64,000 nt of DNA from Gnetum montanum (GCA_015680685.1 MNCI01001429.1:189171-253170), one strand, 5' to 3'. Shown: positions 24,180-38,181, counted from the stretch's first letter. A program made the numbers and translations. The notes: generated from the letters alone by a model not told the origin.

Positions 24180-27100
24180 ATGGAAATCAAGCATGTTCAT
24201 ACTAAAGGAAACTAAGTCAACACATCTGTTGTCATAGAAGAACTTAATGTTGACAAGTTCTTTTTGGAACAACTCCACCAAAACCATGAGGAGCCATCAA
24301 AGACACCTATCATCAGTCTAGAAGAACCTGTCAAAGTCCAACTTTACTCTACCTTGGTAGAGACACATAAGGGGGAGGCTATTAACTCAAAATACAAGTG
24401 GGACTTTGGGAAAATGGATCCAACTAAGTCCTACAGGGAAACTCACAAGAGTCATGAAAGGAGGATCAATCGACATTGTTCTCCTACTACCACCTCTACT
24501 TCATCACGATCATCAGAGGGCTATGATAGGAGACAACAGAAGTACCAAGACTTTGATAGGGAAAAGAGAAGAGCTCATGGTCATCATGATTGATACTTAA
24601 GGTATTCTGATTTAGAAGATGAGGAATATGAAAGAAGGAGATACAAAGAGAGAAGAGAGGATCAAGAAAGGCACGAGCATAGAAGGGGTCATCGCTACCA
24701 TAGAGCTTATGAACTTAATCATGATGATGAACCCCTTATGGTAACCTAGAACATGATCAAAATTTAGGAAGTAGTCTACATACCAACTAGGCACATGAGA
24801 GACAACTGAATTAAATGACCATATATGAATAACATGCTTGAATTTGAAGGAGGTTACAATGCTGATCCTTATCATCACCTTTGAGCATTCCACAATGCCC
24901 GTGGCCTTCAAAACATAGAGTGTGATTGGCAAAAATTGAAGTTGTTTCCTAGAATACTTGTGAAGGAAGCGAAAAGCTGGTACAACTCACTCGAACCTAA
25001 ATCCATCAAATGCTAGAGACCCATGCTTGAAATGTTTAATGACAAATATCAAACATATTCATAATTGTCGAATCTAAGAAAGCAAATCCAGAACTAGAAA
25101 TAAGGGACTCACAAGACCCTTGATGCAACAATGGGTAGATATTATTCACTATTACATAGATGCCTAGGCCATGGCTTTTCATCAAAGGAACAGCTAAGGC
25201 ACATCATAGATGGGCTGAGAAGAAAAACAAGAGAGACCCTTGGCCCTTATGCCCAAGGAAGACTATCAAAATTAACCATCCATTAGATTCAAAGACTCAT
25301 CGATCAAGTGGCAAAAGAAGAAGGAGAACTCAAAAAAAGGAAATTAGCTAAAGAATACAATAGGGATTCATCAATTTGGAAAAGAGATGCATGGGTATGT
25401 GATACTCAAGAGGAATAAACCTTGGATCAAATCATCAAGAAAGAGATGCTACCAATTCAGAAATCTATTGCTAATGTAGCAGCATAGGTAGTGAAAATAT
25501 GGGATTTGGTAGATGAATGATGTATAACAACACTAAAGATTATGGAGGAGAAAGTAGAACAAGTGCTTAAAAGAGGTAGAGACAAAAAGAAGAAGGAATT
25601 TGAACAAAAGAGGCAAAGTTGCTTCAATAGTTGGGTACTTAGACATTAGCTTCACAAATTATGAAGGTTGCAATGTGTGCCAGTACGAGCATCCTAAGGG
25701 ATGTTGTCCAGTCATGGTACATCTACAAGAAACTGAGGTATATGCACTTAACCCATGATTTGTTCAAAAGGAAATGCCTAAATGGTTACCTTATCCTCAA
25801 GGTAATTATAGACAACAACCTCAACCAATGTACTACCCTAGTGAAGCCTTACTGCAATTGTAGGAGCACTACCATTAGCAGTGGTAGCAACTATAATCAT
25901 GGGCCATGCGACTGCCATGCCAATAGTATTCATATCGACAACCTAATCCTTATGGATACTATGTTTAGCATTCAATATTACCTGATCATGCAAATGTTCA
26001 AACCCCATAGTACTATTCAGTAGAATACCATAGATCGATGCAACCAAGGACTGATTCCAACTTATACATGCATCCACCAATAACTGGACTTGCTACTTAA
26101 CACTTTAGTCCTATGCTACCAGTTCCACCTCGTATTATGCAAGGGAACTTACCATCACAACCTTAGTCAAAAAGTGTTACAAGGAAAGTTAATACACATG
26201 AGAGTAAGGTTACTTATGAATCTTAATCCAAGAAATGACCATTCTTCAGAACAAGCCCAAAGAAGACTCAGTAGATGGGGAACACGTCTAACTCCATGCC
26301 ATCCACATTGAGCTATTTTGAATACAATAAGGTTATGACTTCATCAGGTCCAAACATCACAACTATCATGCTCACACAAATAGTAATCCATTAGATCAAG
26401 GTAGGGGCTCTTTCATAGAAAAGAACTAATGTAGGAAGTCCCTTGATTTATCTTCGAATAGTAAGGCAAAAATCATGCAAAGCTCTATTAGATTTTGGGT
26501 CTAGAGTAAATCTAATATCTCAAGACATTTACTAGGCTTGGAACCTACCACCACTAAAGAAAAGTAACATGTTTTTAGAGCTCATAGACTAGTCAATCAT
26601 AGTTCCACTTGAATAGGTGGAGGATGTGATTACCATCATTAGTGGCTAGTCCTATCCCATTGATTTTCTAGTAATTCATGTGGACAAAAATAAGGGAGAG
26701 TTTCCAATTATCATGAGAAGAGCTTGGCTTAGCACCATGGATGCTAAGCTTGAAATTTGTGATTTATCCTTGGAAATTTTCAAGGAAGATGAAGTTAAAA
26801 TCATACACAGGTGAAGGGTTCCATGTATCACATATAGCAATCATGGGTGTAATTGTATGTAGGCCATTAAACAAAAAGAGACTAAGGTATGCAATTAATG
26901 CCTAAAAAGAAGTTGTGTTCAAAATTGCTTGTATGCAGCAGCCACCCAACAAGAGAGCACCCTGTGGCTGATTACTAGTGAAGAAACACAATCTGATAAG
27001 TACATGGAACTAGAAGAATAGATTATCAATACCTACATGGTACAAATAGATAAGCTAGAACAACTAAGGAAAAGACACTCTTACCCTCAAAATAATTAGG

Positions 27101-29048
27101 AGGGAGAAACAAACTGGGGACACTTGGAAATCCTAAACATAATGGAACCAAAACCGCTAGAATTGAAGGCCTTACAAGTAACATTAGAATACACATTTCT
27201 TAGCAACAAGCAAGTCATAATTATCAATGCCAACCTAGACAAGGAACAAAGAGGAAAAATATTAGAAGTGCTCAACAGATGGCCTACAACATTCGTGTGG
27301 TCTTATTATGAGATCACAAGAATTGATCCACGAATTTTCCAACATCGGAACTATATTGATCCTATAGTTAAACCAAAATGCTAACCTTAATGAAGACTTA
27401 ATCTTAAACTCAAGGAGGTAGTCAAGAAAGAATTGGAAATGTTGCTAAAGGAAAAATTCATTTATCTAATTATGAATAGTGAATGGATAAGCCCTTTGGT
27501 GATATTTCCAAAGAAGGATGGTAAATGGCGTGTTTGCATTAACTTCCAGCGATTAAATTCAGCCATGTTTAAGGATCATTTCCCATTGCCATTTATTGAT
27601 CAAGTCTTGGATAGAATTTCAAGACATGATTACTATAGTTTTTTTGGATAGATATAGAGGATACAATCAAATCTACATTGCACTAGTAGACCAAGAGAAA
27701 ACCATGTTCACCAGTTCATGGGGAACATTTGCTTACAAACAAATGCCTTTCGGTTTGTGTAATGCATTAGCAACCTTCTAGAGACTAGTTTTAAGCATCT
27801 TCCAAAAGTAGATAGGCAATGGTGTTGAATTTTTCATGCATGATTTCTCCACATATGGGCTAGATTTAAAATGAGCTGTGGATCAGTTGGAGCAAGTACT
27901 TAAAAGATGTATTAAAACTAATTTGAAGTTCAATTTGCAGAAGAACCATCCTATGGTCTAGGAAGGCATAGTACTAGGACAAAAAATCTCCTAAAGGAGT
28001 ATAGAGGTAGATTTTGAAAAAATTAGAATCATCCAAAATATCACTCAAAGGCCATAGATAGTAAAAGATGTACATTCCTTTTTCGGCCATATGGGATACT
28101 ATAGTAGATTTATTGAAAACTTCTTGAAAATAGCCAAATTACTAGTAGAACTCACAATGAAGGATGCACCTTTTCAGTGGATTGAGTCATATTAAAAGGC
28201 GTTTGAAACTTTGAAACAAAAGTTAGTTAACACACGAATCCTTTAAGCTCCAGATTGGTCAAGGACTTTTCATATCATGATTGTACAGCAAAAATAGCTG
28301 CCAAGTTTTTCCAACAACATGTGATGAATTGATTTGGAGTATCTAGAACATTGATATTAGATAATGGGACACACTTCATTGGTTCTACCTTTAAGAAACT
28401 CATGCAACAACTTGGAGTCAACCATAAATTAACAATACCATATCATCCCTAAGCAAATGATCAAGCTGAAGTTACTAACCATGAAATTATATAATAATTA
28501 CTAGGACGATTAGTAGGCTTAGACATGATTGGAGTACAAAATTAAATGATGCTCTATGAGCCTATAAAACATCTTGGAAATTACCTATAGGGTACATCCC
28601 ATATGAGTTAGTCTATGGAAAGTTGACAACACTTTCAATCCAGGTAGAGCTTCACACTTTAGCTACTACTAGTGAACTTGACCTTGATTTGAGTTTAGCA
28701 CAAAAGGAATGTCTAATGAATTTGAATCTTTTAGATAAAAATAGACAAGTAGCACTTATGGATAATGAAGTTCACAAGCACTATTCCAAACTTAGGCACA
28801 ATTCATAGATAAGAAATGTAACCATACAACTAGGGGGCAAGGTTCTCTATTACAATCCTAGTCATTTATACTAAAAGGCTAAATTTTAGACACTTGGGAG
28901 GGACTATACATAGTAGAAGCCACTTATGCATTTGGTGCCTTACATATTCATCACCCATCTAGCCCACATAAGCTTATCCTTTGTCAACATCCAACAAGTC
29001 AAACCATACTATGAGTACTTAAAGAAATCTACCCAACCTACTCACTAG
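24180..29048 (+). pseudogene. Gag-pol of copy B, decayed, with RNase H and integrase N-terminus deleted
   Basis: Gag LKLFPRILVKEAKSWY, protease LLDFGSRVNL, RT WISPLVIFPKKDGKWRVC / GYNQI / MPFGLCNA, integrase DNGTHF / YHP. Start coordinate approximate. Confidence 0.88.
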
Positions 29049-31227
29049 TCTTCCACTTGTTCCATCTTCCATTTCCCTGATCTTTATAATAGTCATGGGG
29101 ACGTTCGATTACAATTGTAGGTACTTTACTAATTTTTCTACTTTCTTTGTTTTATAATTCTTTTCATTTTTCCCATTCTTTTACATTTCTCTCATTCTTT
29201 TATACTTTCTCATTTATTCAATTTTTCACATTTTTCTTTAATATTTCTCAATTCTGTAAATTTTTTTAATTTTTATACTTTTTCATAATTTTTACCATCT
29301 TTCCCATTTTTTAATACTTTTTTTCCAAACCCTTTGTAAATAATTTTTGATCATTAATAAAACACAATTAAATAAAGGCAAGATGTAGTCCAATAAAGTA
29401 AAAATTTCTCTATGATATTGAGTCATAAGAGACTAATTATTTGCATAGTAAGCCCACATCATCCATTCCATTAATAAGAAGTTCTTACCATGGCCATAAT
29501 GATATTCTTTTCATCATCAAACTAAGAATAAACTTGTGATCATTATGCCTAGATAGAAAAGTGAAGAACCAAGGGAAAATGAAAAGGGTGTGACATCAAG
29601 GGGACTTGTGGATTCTTTTTGGACTATTATTTTAAGTTCTATCATGTTACTAAGGTTGTATTATATCCTTGTAGATCAAACGGAAAATGGAAGTGAAAGT
29701 AAAATAAGTGCTACCTTAAAAAGGCTTGACACAAATAACAAATAAAAGAGCATAGGATAAATTTTTGGGGGTCCTATTGGAAAGACATGTTACCCATGCT
29801 TGAAGGTAGATGGCTTCTTGGAAATATAAAAATAAAAATAAAGTACCATGAATAAACTCCTCCTTTGTACAATACGCTAAGTGATGATACTCCTTGTAAC
29901 ATTGATAGTCTTACAATTGTAATTCCAAGAGAGGAAACGATGCCATGTCACTGGATATGGTTTGGGCTTAGATTGAATATTGGATAGAAAGGCTAATGAT
30001 TACCTTAACCACTAATAAAACACAAGAATTCATTATGCTTTTGGTAAGACACCTCATGTCTTGATTATTACAATCCCTTCTAAAACCATTTCGTCTCATT
30101 GTTTGAACAATCATAACTTATGATTTTTTGTAACATAGAGTTATCTTTTCAATTTGGAGGTACTAACATGTATGTTTTACTAAATAGATATGCATTACAT
30201 TCAACTTCTTAAGTGCCTAAGGACACTTTTAGGCATGGTTATACAAGGGCATTAAGGGTTGGGGCCTGCTTTGGGAAGGACCCACTTGTATAATTGTTGT
30301 GTCTTATACCTACCAAGCGATTCCACATAATCTTGAGCCTTCCAATTTTGATAAATAATAATAAATACTTCTCATATCATTCACACTATCCGTTCTAATA
30401 ACACAGGGATGTTGTCTTTCTCATCCATTCCATCAATACCTCGTATACTTTCATAACCGAAGATTCCTTAATCATAGACTTTCAACTCTTATTTTTCACA
30501 ACTAAAGCATCATTTCCATATTAAGACATTTTCAAAATGATGCATATCTTCCAACTATCCTATGGGACTCAATTTTTCCAAGAAAAGCATTCAGAAGTTT
30601 TTATTTTTCTATGGTGACATCATATCTATGATATTGTAGGCACCTATGATATAACATTTACGATGTTGCATTTATGATATCGCATCCATAAATACTATAT
30701 ATAGCATGGGGGAGTTACAAAAAAAAAAATTTCATTTCTGAATTTCATAAGGGAGTTGTTGCTAAATTTTCCTTATAGCTAAAGAGGTTTGACACTCCAA
30801 CTTATAATGTCCATAACTTGCTTATTGTTGCCTTGATTTGCGTGATTTTCAAATCTACGTGATTCCAGAGTGATCACCTTAGTTGTTGGAGGTGGGGGGA
30901 AGGGGAGGGTTGCTAATAAGGGAAATTTGAGTCAATTTTTAAAAAATTGCTAACAACCAGAAGGTATTATAGGGGCAAGTCTAAAGAAACATATTAAGGA
31001 TTTTTAAAGTAAACCACTCGTGTTAAGGCCAAAACAACTTTAAGAAGACTTCTAATTGACCATACGACTCATTTGAATTAATAATGGGGTTGTTATTGAA
31101 AAAATCTTCTAACTCTAAAATCATAATGAACTAAGAAGTTGATATAACTAAGGGAATGAGTAAGGTATCAAATTGTTGATGATTTATGAGAATATTCTAG
31201 TAATTTCAAACCCTTGATTGATTGTAG

Positions 31228-33979
31228 ATGGCCCTAAAAAGAGGAGCATAAGGAGAATTCCCACGACTGGTAAGCAAAAGATCATGAGGCTGTGGAAGAG
31301 GACAAGCGAGCAAGAAAAATATGCAAGTAGAACAAGGAGAGTAGGAAGCACAATCCTTTAGCATTCATCAACAATCTCCTACCATAGAACAATCTAATTA
31401 AGTAGAAGTAGATGTTCCATCAGTTCCTATCGAGGTATAATAACTTACACTATCACCTAAATTCCTTAAGGCTATTCAAGAAAAATCCATCATGTCAACA
31501 ATAATTGTGGAACTTAACTTTGATCCATTTTTGGAATTTGCTCCAAAAGTTGTTAAGGCCCAACTTCAGACATCTCCTTTGTGGCCTACTCTGACAAACA
31601 ATGGAGAATGGTATCTAGGAGAAACACTCTAGTTTTGGCAAAATCAAGAAGTTAATGCTATAATAAAAATTGAAGGAATCTTAGTATCTTACTTAGTTAA
31701 GGAAATTGTAGAGGTATTGAATGTGCCTAATAGAGGAGAAAAGGTGGAAAAAATATCAACCATATATGACACAAATGGTAGAAAGTTGTGGTTACAATGG
31801 ACGTATGGCAAGGAAGATAAAGAATACAGTGAATTTACTACAGAAGAAAAGATTTACTTCAAAATTAACACTTATCACTTGTTTCCTAAGAAGAGATTGA
31901 ATCGAATGTCTACATATGCAGCCGGAGGGAGTGCAATGTTAATGGGAAAATTCAATGCAAACATCACTCACCTCTACTTCATAGAAATCCAAAGTTGGTT
32001 CAAAGAAAAGAAGGTAGAGAAGTTAACACCTCCATTCCCTTGCCTTATCTAGAAGTTATATAAACGAGTTGGTATCCAAGGGTATACAAATGATGCCTTG
32101 AGGAAGGCATAGAATGCTTCCTATGCTTAAATGCTTAAGCTAGTGCCTCCCAAAAAGGACCAATTAGAAGAACAAATAGGCACTGAGGAGACTATCTAAC
32201 CCCTATGATAGTAGCAATAGCATCCACAAGTTCCACCATCGTTGTTGCAAGATTACAAACCTCCAATGAGTCATTTGCAACAAATTGTAGAAACTATTAG
32301 TTGAGAAAGTAGAGAAGAGGCTAATCTATTCAAAGTTATTGATGATGTGGTTAGACCAACCATTTCAACCAATCTTGCTAGAGGAAAAATATCATTACAG
32401 TCAAAGGAGAGGTGTAGTGGTTACAATAGATTTCCAAGAATGTTGCATCATTCTAAGTAGTGCTTGAATATGGAGAAGGAGACACAATCATGGTCATGCA
32501 GCATCATGATGCAACTGAAGTTATAGAAGTGATCATAGATCATATTAAAAAATCATTTAATGTACCTATTATGCCACTAGCTAATATTTCTAAAACCAAA
32601 GATGCTCAAATGATAGTTGGTAGCTCTATGACTCATGTAGAACATGAAGATGTGATGGATAGACTATTGTAGATATGACAAGTTATGATAAATCTATTTG
32701 ATATTCCTAGTGATATCATCACAAAATAGTTTGAATGAATTACCATCAAAGAAAAATTAATCATGATCGAATCCAGGGCATAACATGATAAGAATGAGCT
32801 TCATAGATTACAAGAAGAGCTTGTAGCCCTTAGAGCAGAAAGGTGAGATCCAACTCAATTCATAACACCAGATCAAATAACATAATTTAGAACTGAGCAA
32901 ATCAATTTCCTCCTTCAGAACAATAAGGACATAGCAAATGAGAAAGAAAAGGTAGTATGAAAAGCTTTAGTAGTTGAAGCTCAATCATATGCCCATGTCA
33001 AAGCACTTGTTTCCTTACAGGAAGAAAATAAATAACTTGCTACAAATAACATGAAGTTGACCATAGTGGAAAAGTAGAAAAACACTCTAGAAGAAAGCAT
33101 CCATTAGTTGAAAGAGCAGCTAATGAGGGTCAACCAAGATATAAGTTGCCTTGCAATAGAAAACAAAACCCTCTCTATGGAGGAGGTATGCACCATTCGA
33201 CAGAAATTAGCTATCAAAATTATGTGTGGAAAAATGAGGTTAAGAAAGATGAAAGGCCCAATGAACACTTTGGAGACCAAGTGAACATGTACAAGTAGAT
33301 AAATGGGAAAGAGATTTAGATGGAAAAGGCCAAAATTAGTTCTATTACAACACAAAATATTGAATGACAAACCATCTTGGATAGCATGGCCCAAACCTAT
33401 CAAGTAAAAGTGAAAAATAAAGACTTGTAAATAGAATACTTAGAAGAATACATGGCATTAGCAAACCTTTGTTATGCAAACTTGGCCATGTCAATAGCAA
33501 GTAGGCCTAGAAATGAACTACAACAACAAGTAGCAGCCACTTATACTTTATATGAGAAGGAGATTGTAGATAGAAAAGATGCTCTATAGAAAATTCAAGT
33601 AGCAAACTTAGAATTAGAGGCAATTAAGGTTGGCTAACAAGGGCAAAAATATGTAGCAACAAATTTGATTAGAAGATTAATAGACTATCATGAACTATGA
33701 TTAAAGGCCATAGCTTTTTGAAGAAGAGAGACAACAATTTGCAACATGGTACATTAAAGCCATTTAAATATTTTTGTAACTACCATGTCTGTGGAATATG
33801 CTAAATCTTCCAACATTTGTTCATTAGCATGGATGTTCAATGATCCCAAAACGAAAGAAGAGAAGTTGCAGGTGCTCCTAAACAAATGCCAATTTAAGAA
33901 GGTTGATGATAAGGGATAGAAACCTATGGAAGTGCCACCTCCACCTCGAACAACATGAGGCTACACTGAATCTCACTAG
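31228..33979 (+). pseudogene. Extra (env-position) ORF of copy B, ~900 codons, decayed
   Basis: AG|ATG GCC start and PFPCLI motif at ~32030-32049, then a long E/K/L/Q-rich region. Peptide blocks are shared with 48870-51670 (LSMEEVC, YMxLxNLxYxNL, WxxNDP, PPxPRT). Confidence 0.75.
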
Positions 33980-34164
33980 ATTTTGTTTTTCATTTTTTGT
34001 CAAAATTGTCATGTCATGTGTTCATTTTTGTAACTCCACTGCAACACTAGAGAGTCATGTATATAGAAGTCGGTGTCATGTAGATCTACCTCCTAATTTT
34101 GTAAGGAACTCCATCCTCATTTTGTTTTAACTTAAGGATAAGTTTTTAGTTAGTCATGGGGGTA

Positions 34165-35049
34165 TGATAAATCTAAAAAGTTTGAGCCAACGATATCATA
34201 GTTACGATATTATATCTACGATGCCTTAGATATGTTATCATATAAACATATCGTGGGGCACGTGCCAACTTATATAAGCAACACTTGGGCACACAGATCT
34301 AGAGTAGATTGATAGCCTAATAATAGAACTCTTTTTGTTTATTTTCTTGAATTCAGTACTTGGCAGTGTGTGCCCATAGTGTGATATTTTGTAATTGAAC
34401 AGAATCTTTATTTGAGTGTGATGTACTTGGATGCATTGCATGACTGACAATAAAGATTGAGATTACTCTACATTATTACAGCAACAGTTAGTTTTATTTT
34501 TGTTATTGTTTATTATTTTCATAGTTAGTTTTATTTTTGTTATTATTTATTATTTTCATAGTTAATTTCACAATTACTTGCAATTTACTTTTAATGTCAT
34601 TAAGAGGAATGAATATGACTAATCTTGAGCATGTAAGTGTAACTACTTGGTGACCTAGTAGTACTATCACTTAGTACACTTAGTAGTGAGGTACTTGGTA
34701 ATCCCAGTAGGAGTTGCACAAAGTCCAAGGTGTGATCAAAAGATCAGGACTAGTTGCTCATTGCCTAGGCTAGTTTAGATTTGTTTTACTATCACTTAGA
34801 TTTAGTACCCTTTACTTTCACTTCATGATTATTATGAGCACAATGGCCAATACAACATTAATATCATATACCTCACTTTGAGTTAAACCATATGCATTGA
34901 TTTTACTAACTCATGTGGGAAGACAATAATCATGAACACTAACTAATTACTAGTATAATCACATTGCCTTAGCTGCAGAGTTTGATCAGGATTGCACATG
35001 AACACTCATATCTCGTATGGTTGGGTGTTTGGTACTCCACCACTCATCA
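34165..35049 (+). repeat. 3' LTR of copy B
   Basis: PPT upstream and TSD downstream. Confidence 0.93.
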
Positions 35050-35579
35050 GCTATGGAGGTGCTATAATGGTCATGGAGCACATGGGAGATGTTGGATGGT
35101 CCATTGCAGATGCTCTTGATCTCTAGAAATCTTGATGAGTGCTTTAGATCTCAAGGAACCAACCTCAAATTTAAAATTTGAACTCATATTTATAGGCCTA
35201 GTGTTCCTAAATTTAACTCTAGAGTTAAGTGAAGTTCACTTGGAGTTCATGGGAAGTTCGAATTAGACCACTTTGCTCTTAGAACTTGACTTACATGAGT
35301 CCCACTAAAGGTGGCACTGATGTCATGTTAGCGTTAGTATCATTGGCAAAAGAATTTTGTCATTTTTTTTCAAGTTTTGGATTGAGCCTTCCAAGGCCCC
35401 ATTTGACACCTGAACTGATGTCCAATGATGTTAAGATGATGGTGAGGAGCTCAGGAGGCCAAGGGATGATGTCAACTATTAAAGATGAAGGTCAAGGATC
35501 ACATTTCTTAAGAATGTAATAAAGGAGATGAAATTGATTGGTTAGATTACATATGGAATGATGAATCCATTGGAGTCTA

Positions 35580-36563
35580 TCTTGTAAGATGTTCATGTCT
35601 TTAGATACCTAAGTGATGGGAAGTTCATGATTACCTTGACTTTGTTAAGGTCTACCATGATAATATTAGTTGAAACAAAAAATCCTATCACTTTGCCTAT
35701 TTCTACACTCAAGATACACTTTTTGGGATTGCGGTAAGACAATACTTATTGCATTAGGCCAAGACTATATCTAGATTAGTGGAATGATTGGCTAATATGA
35801 TAGACTTGACCATTAGATCATCCACATAGTTTTTTGATGTTTTAAACATTATGTCACTAAAGATGAAGTTCATGACTCATTAACACATTACTTCAACATT
35901 CTTAAGTCCAAAAGACACCTTTGTGTAGCAAAAGGTTCCCCATGGGATCATGAAAGTGGTGAAATGTTGGTGCTCAAAGCTGATTTGGATTTGATTGTAA
36001 TCTGAAAAGCCATCCATGAAACTAAATAAATCATGACTTGCAATTGTGTCTAAAAGTTGGTTAATGTTGGATAATGGGAAGTCAAATTTAAGTGTTACTT
36101 TTATGAGATTGCATAAATCAATGCATATCCTAATGACTCCATTTTCCTTAGGTGTAGCTACCATATTGGATATTTAGTTTGAGTAGTCTATGGAGCACAT
36201 GAAACCTACATTGTAGAGCTTTCTAGTCTTATCTTTGATGGCTAAAGCTTAGTCAATTTTATATTTTCTAGCTTTTTGTTTGACAAGCTTGGATCCTTTT
36301 TCAAAAGCCATGTTATGTTGGACTAAAGTAGAATTTAAACCAAGCATGTCATCATAACCCCAAGAAAAAGTGATAGAATATTTTCTAAGTGTTACTAGGA
36401 TGGATTCTCTAATCTTATTTAGCAAGTTTTCCCCTTTTTGAAGGCTCTTTTCCTTGTTTTGGTGGCTAGTGATGGCCAATTTGACAAGGGGATCGTTAGT
36501 TAGGACTAGTTTGCAGTCCAAGAAAGCTAGGTTAGGTTGGGGAATCAAGTGCTCCTTGGTCAT
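35580..36563 (-). pseudogene. Ty3/gypsy reverse transcriptase fragment, Tat/Ogre type
   Basis: FSWGYDDMLGL, PKENGVIRICIDL, FSFMDGFSDYNQI, PWGTFCY...FGLKN and YVDDL. It differs from the Athila-like RT. No recognisable gag, protease or integrase beside it. Confidence 0.75.
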
Positions 36564-38150
36564 GTTGAGTGTTGAGATGATAGAATCTAAGGAACCTAAG
36601 GGGTGTAAGGGAGATAATTAATCAAATCCTTATTAAGGGACTTGATAACTTAGTCATGGGACCCATCCAAGATGAGAAATTTACATAAATGATGGAGGAT
36701 GATAAGGTCAATGGCCTGCAAGCACGAGGAAAAATTATAGTTATAGAGGGATAGAATGTAAATTCCAAAGTTAGAAAACTTACATGTGAAGTTACAAGTT
36801 AGAGCTAGGAAGAGTTAAAAAATTTTCTAAGTCATGAGAGGGGCAAGTTAGAAAATTTTTGCACTTTTAACTTTTGAAGTTAATTTTTATGTACAAGTTG
36901 GAGTTTTAGAGTTTGTAAAGGCCATATGGGTAAGATAGGATGGATTTTGAGGTATCTTAGGATGTCAATGAGGAGTTTTGAGGTTGCAACCTAGTGATCA
37001 TGCAAGAGACTAACATGGTGACATGGATTTTATATCAACATCTATTGGGGATGCATGGTCTCATGTTAGTGGAGGAAAAAATTGAACTAATGATAAAGTA
37101 AAAGGAGGAAAAGGAAGAAATAGGGTAAAAACAAAGTGTAAGAAAGGAGATAGGCATTTTAAAATTTGTGCTTTTTGGAGCTTGTGAAAGGAGGAAAGCT
37201 TGGAGCTTGTTGTTTCTTGTGGAAGAAATGATGTCATTCAAAGTGAAAAGGAAGGATGCATGTGACAAAGGAGTCGGTGGATCCCAACATGGGACACATG
37301 GGAAAAAGATCAAGGCTAGGGAGAGCTCTACACTTGTGGGCCCTAGGTAAGTTGCTTCTCACACTTGATTTTGGTAGTCCTTGTTGATTTTCCATTATTT
37401 TCATGACATGGGGTAGGGAATGAGACATGGGAAAGAGGGGAATGCTTGCATGTCACTGGGGCCTACAGTAATCATAATGGCCAGTGTCATGAATTGATGT
37501 GTGGCATGCTACAACACCAACACATCCCTCATCAATTTGCACTAGCATTGTGTTGTGCAACTAGCTAGGGAGGGCAGAAGACATAGCAAGAAAGAGGAGA
37601 AAGTTCAAAATAGGATTTTTAGAGGTGAAAAAGATGAAGAAAAAGTGTGGGTTTATGCTCATGGAGGATAGATTTACCCTTGAGGAGGGGCTCGTGGGTG
37701 CTAGCCATGGAGGAGAATGACCACCTAAGTTGCCGCTATAGGTGAAATGGACAAAGTTTGAGGCTAAGGATTTGTCGGTTTTGGGAACTATTCTACTAAG
37801 GAAGAAAGGGGAAAAACATTGTGAAGGGTAGAAGGAAGAGTAAAAGGGAGGAGAATAGTGGTAGAGGGAGTCTGAGCAACAACCATTAGACCTGGACCTA
37901 GTGGATATGCTAGTAGGTGCACCAAAGTGGGTGTAGTGCCAAGGAGACAAGTAGCAGTGCTTTAAGAAATTTTATTGTGGTGGGGTAAAGGAGGGGAGGG
38001 GGGGTGGGGTGGGGTGGGTGGATGTGTTAGCACATGGGTGCCTAGGTGATGTGCCTACATCATAGACATTGCTGCATCAGTGTGCCATTAACATTGACTT
38101 GTGCCATTAACATTGACTTTTGTAAGTGCAGTGTCTTAGATGTTAATGCT

Positions 38151-38181
<31 letters not shown>

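Larger units (their letters stand above)
22791..35049 (+). mobile_element. Athila-like Ty3/gypsy LTR retrotransposon, copy B, with both LTRs and an extra 3' ORF
   Basis: LTRs at 22791-23695 and 34165-35049, TSD GCTAT (22786-22790 / 35050-35054). PBS TGGCATCGTTGTCGAGGA is tRNA-Asp type; PPT TAGTCATGGGGGTA. RT has the Athila-type KDHFPLPFIDQ motif. Confidence 0.95.
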
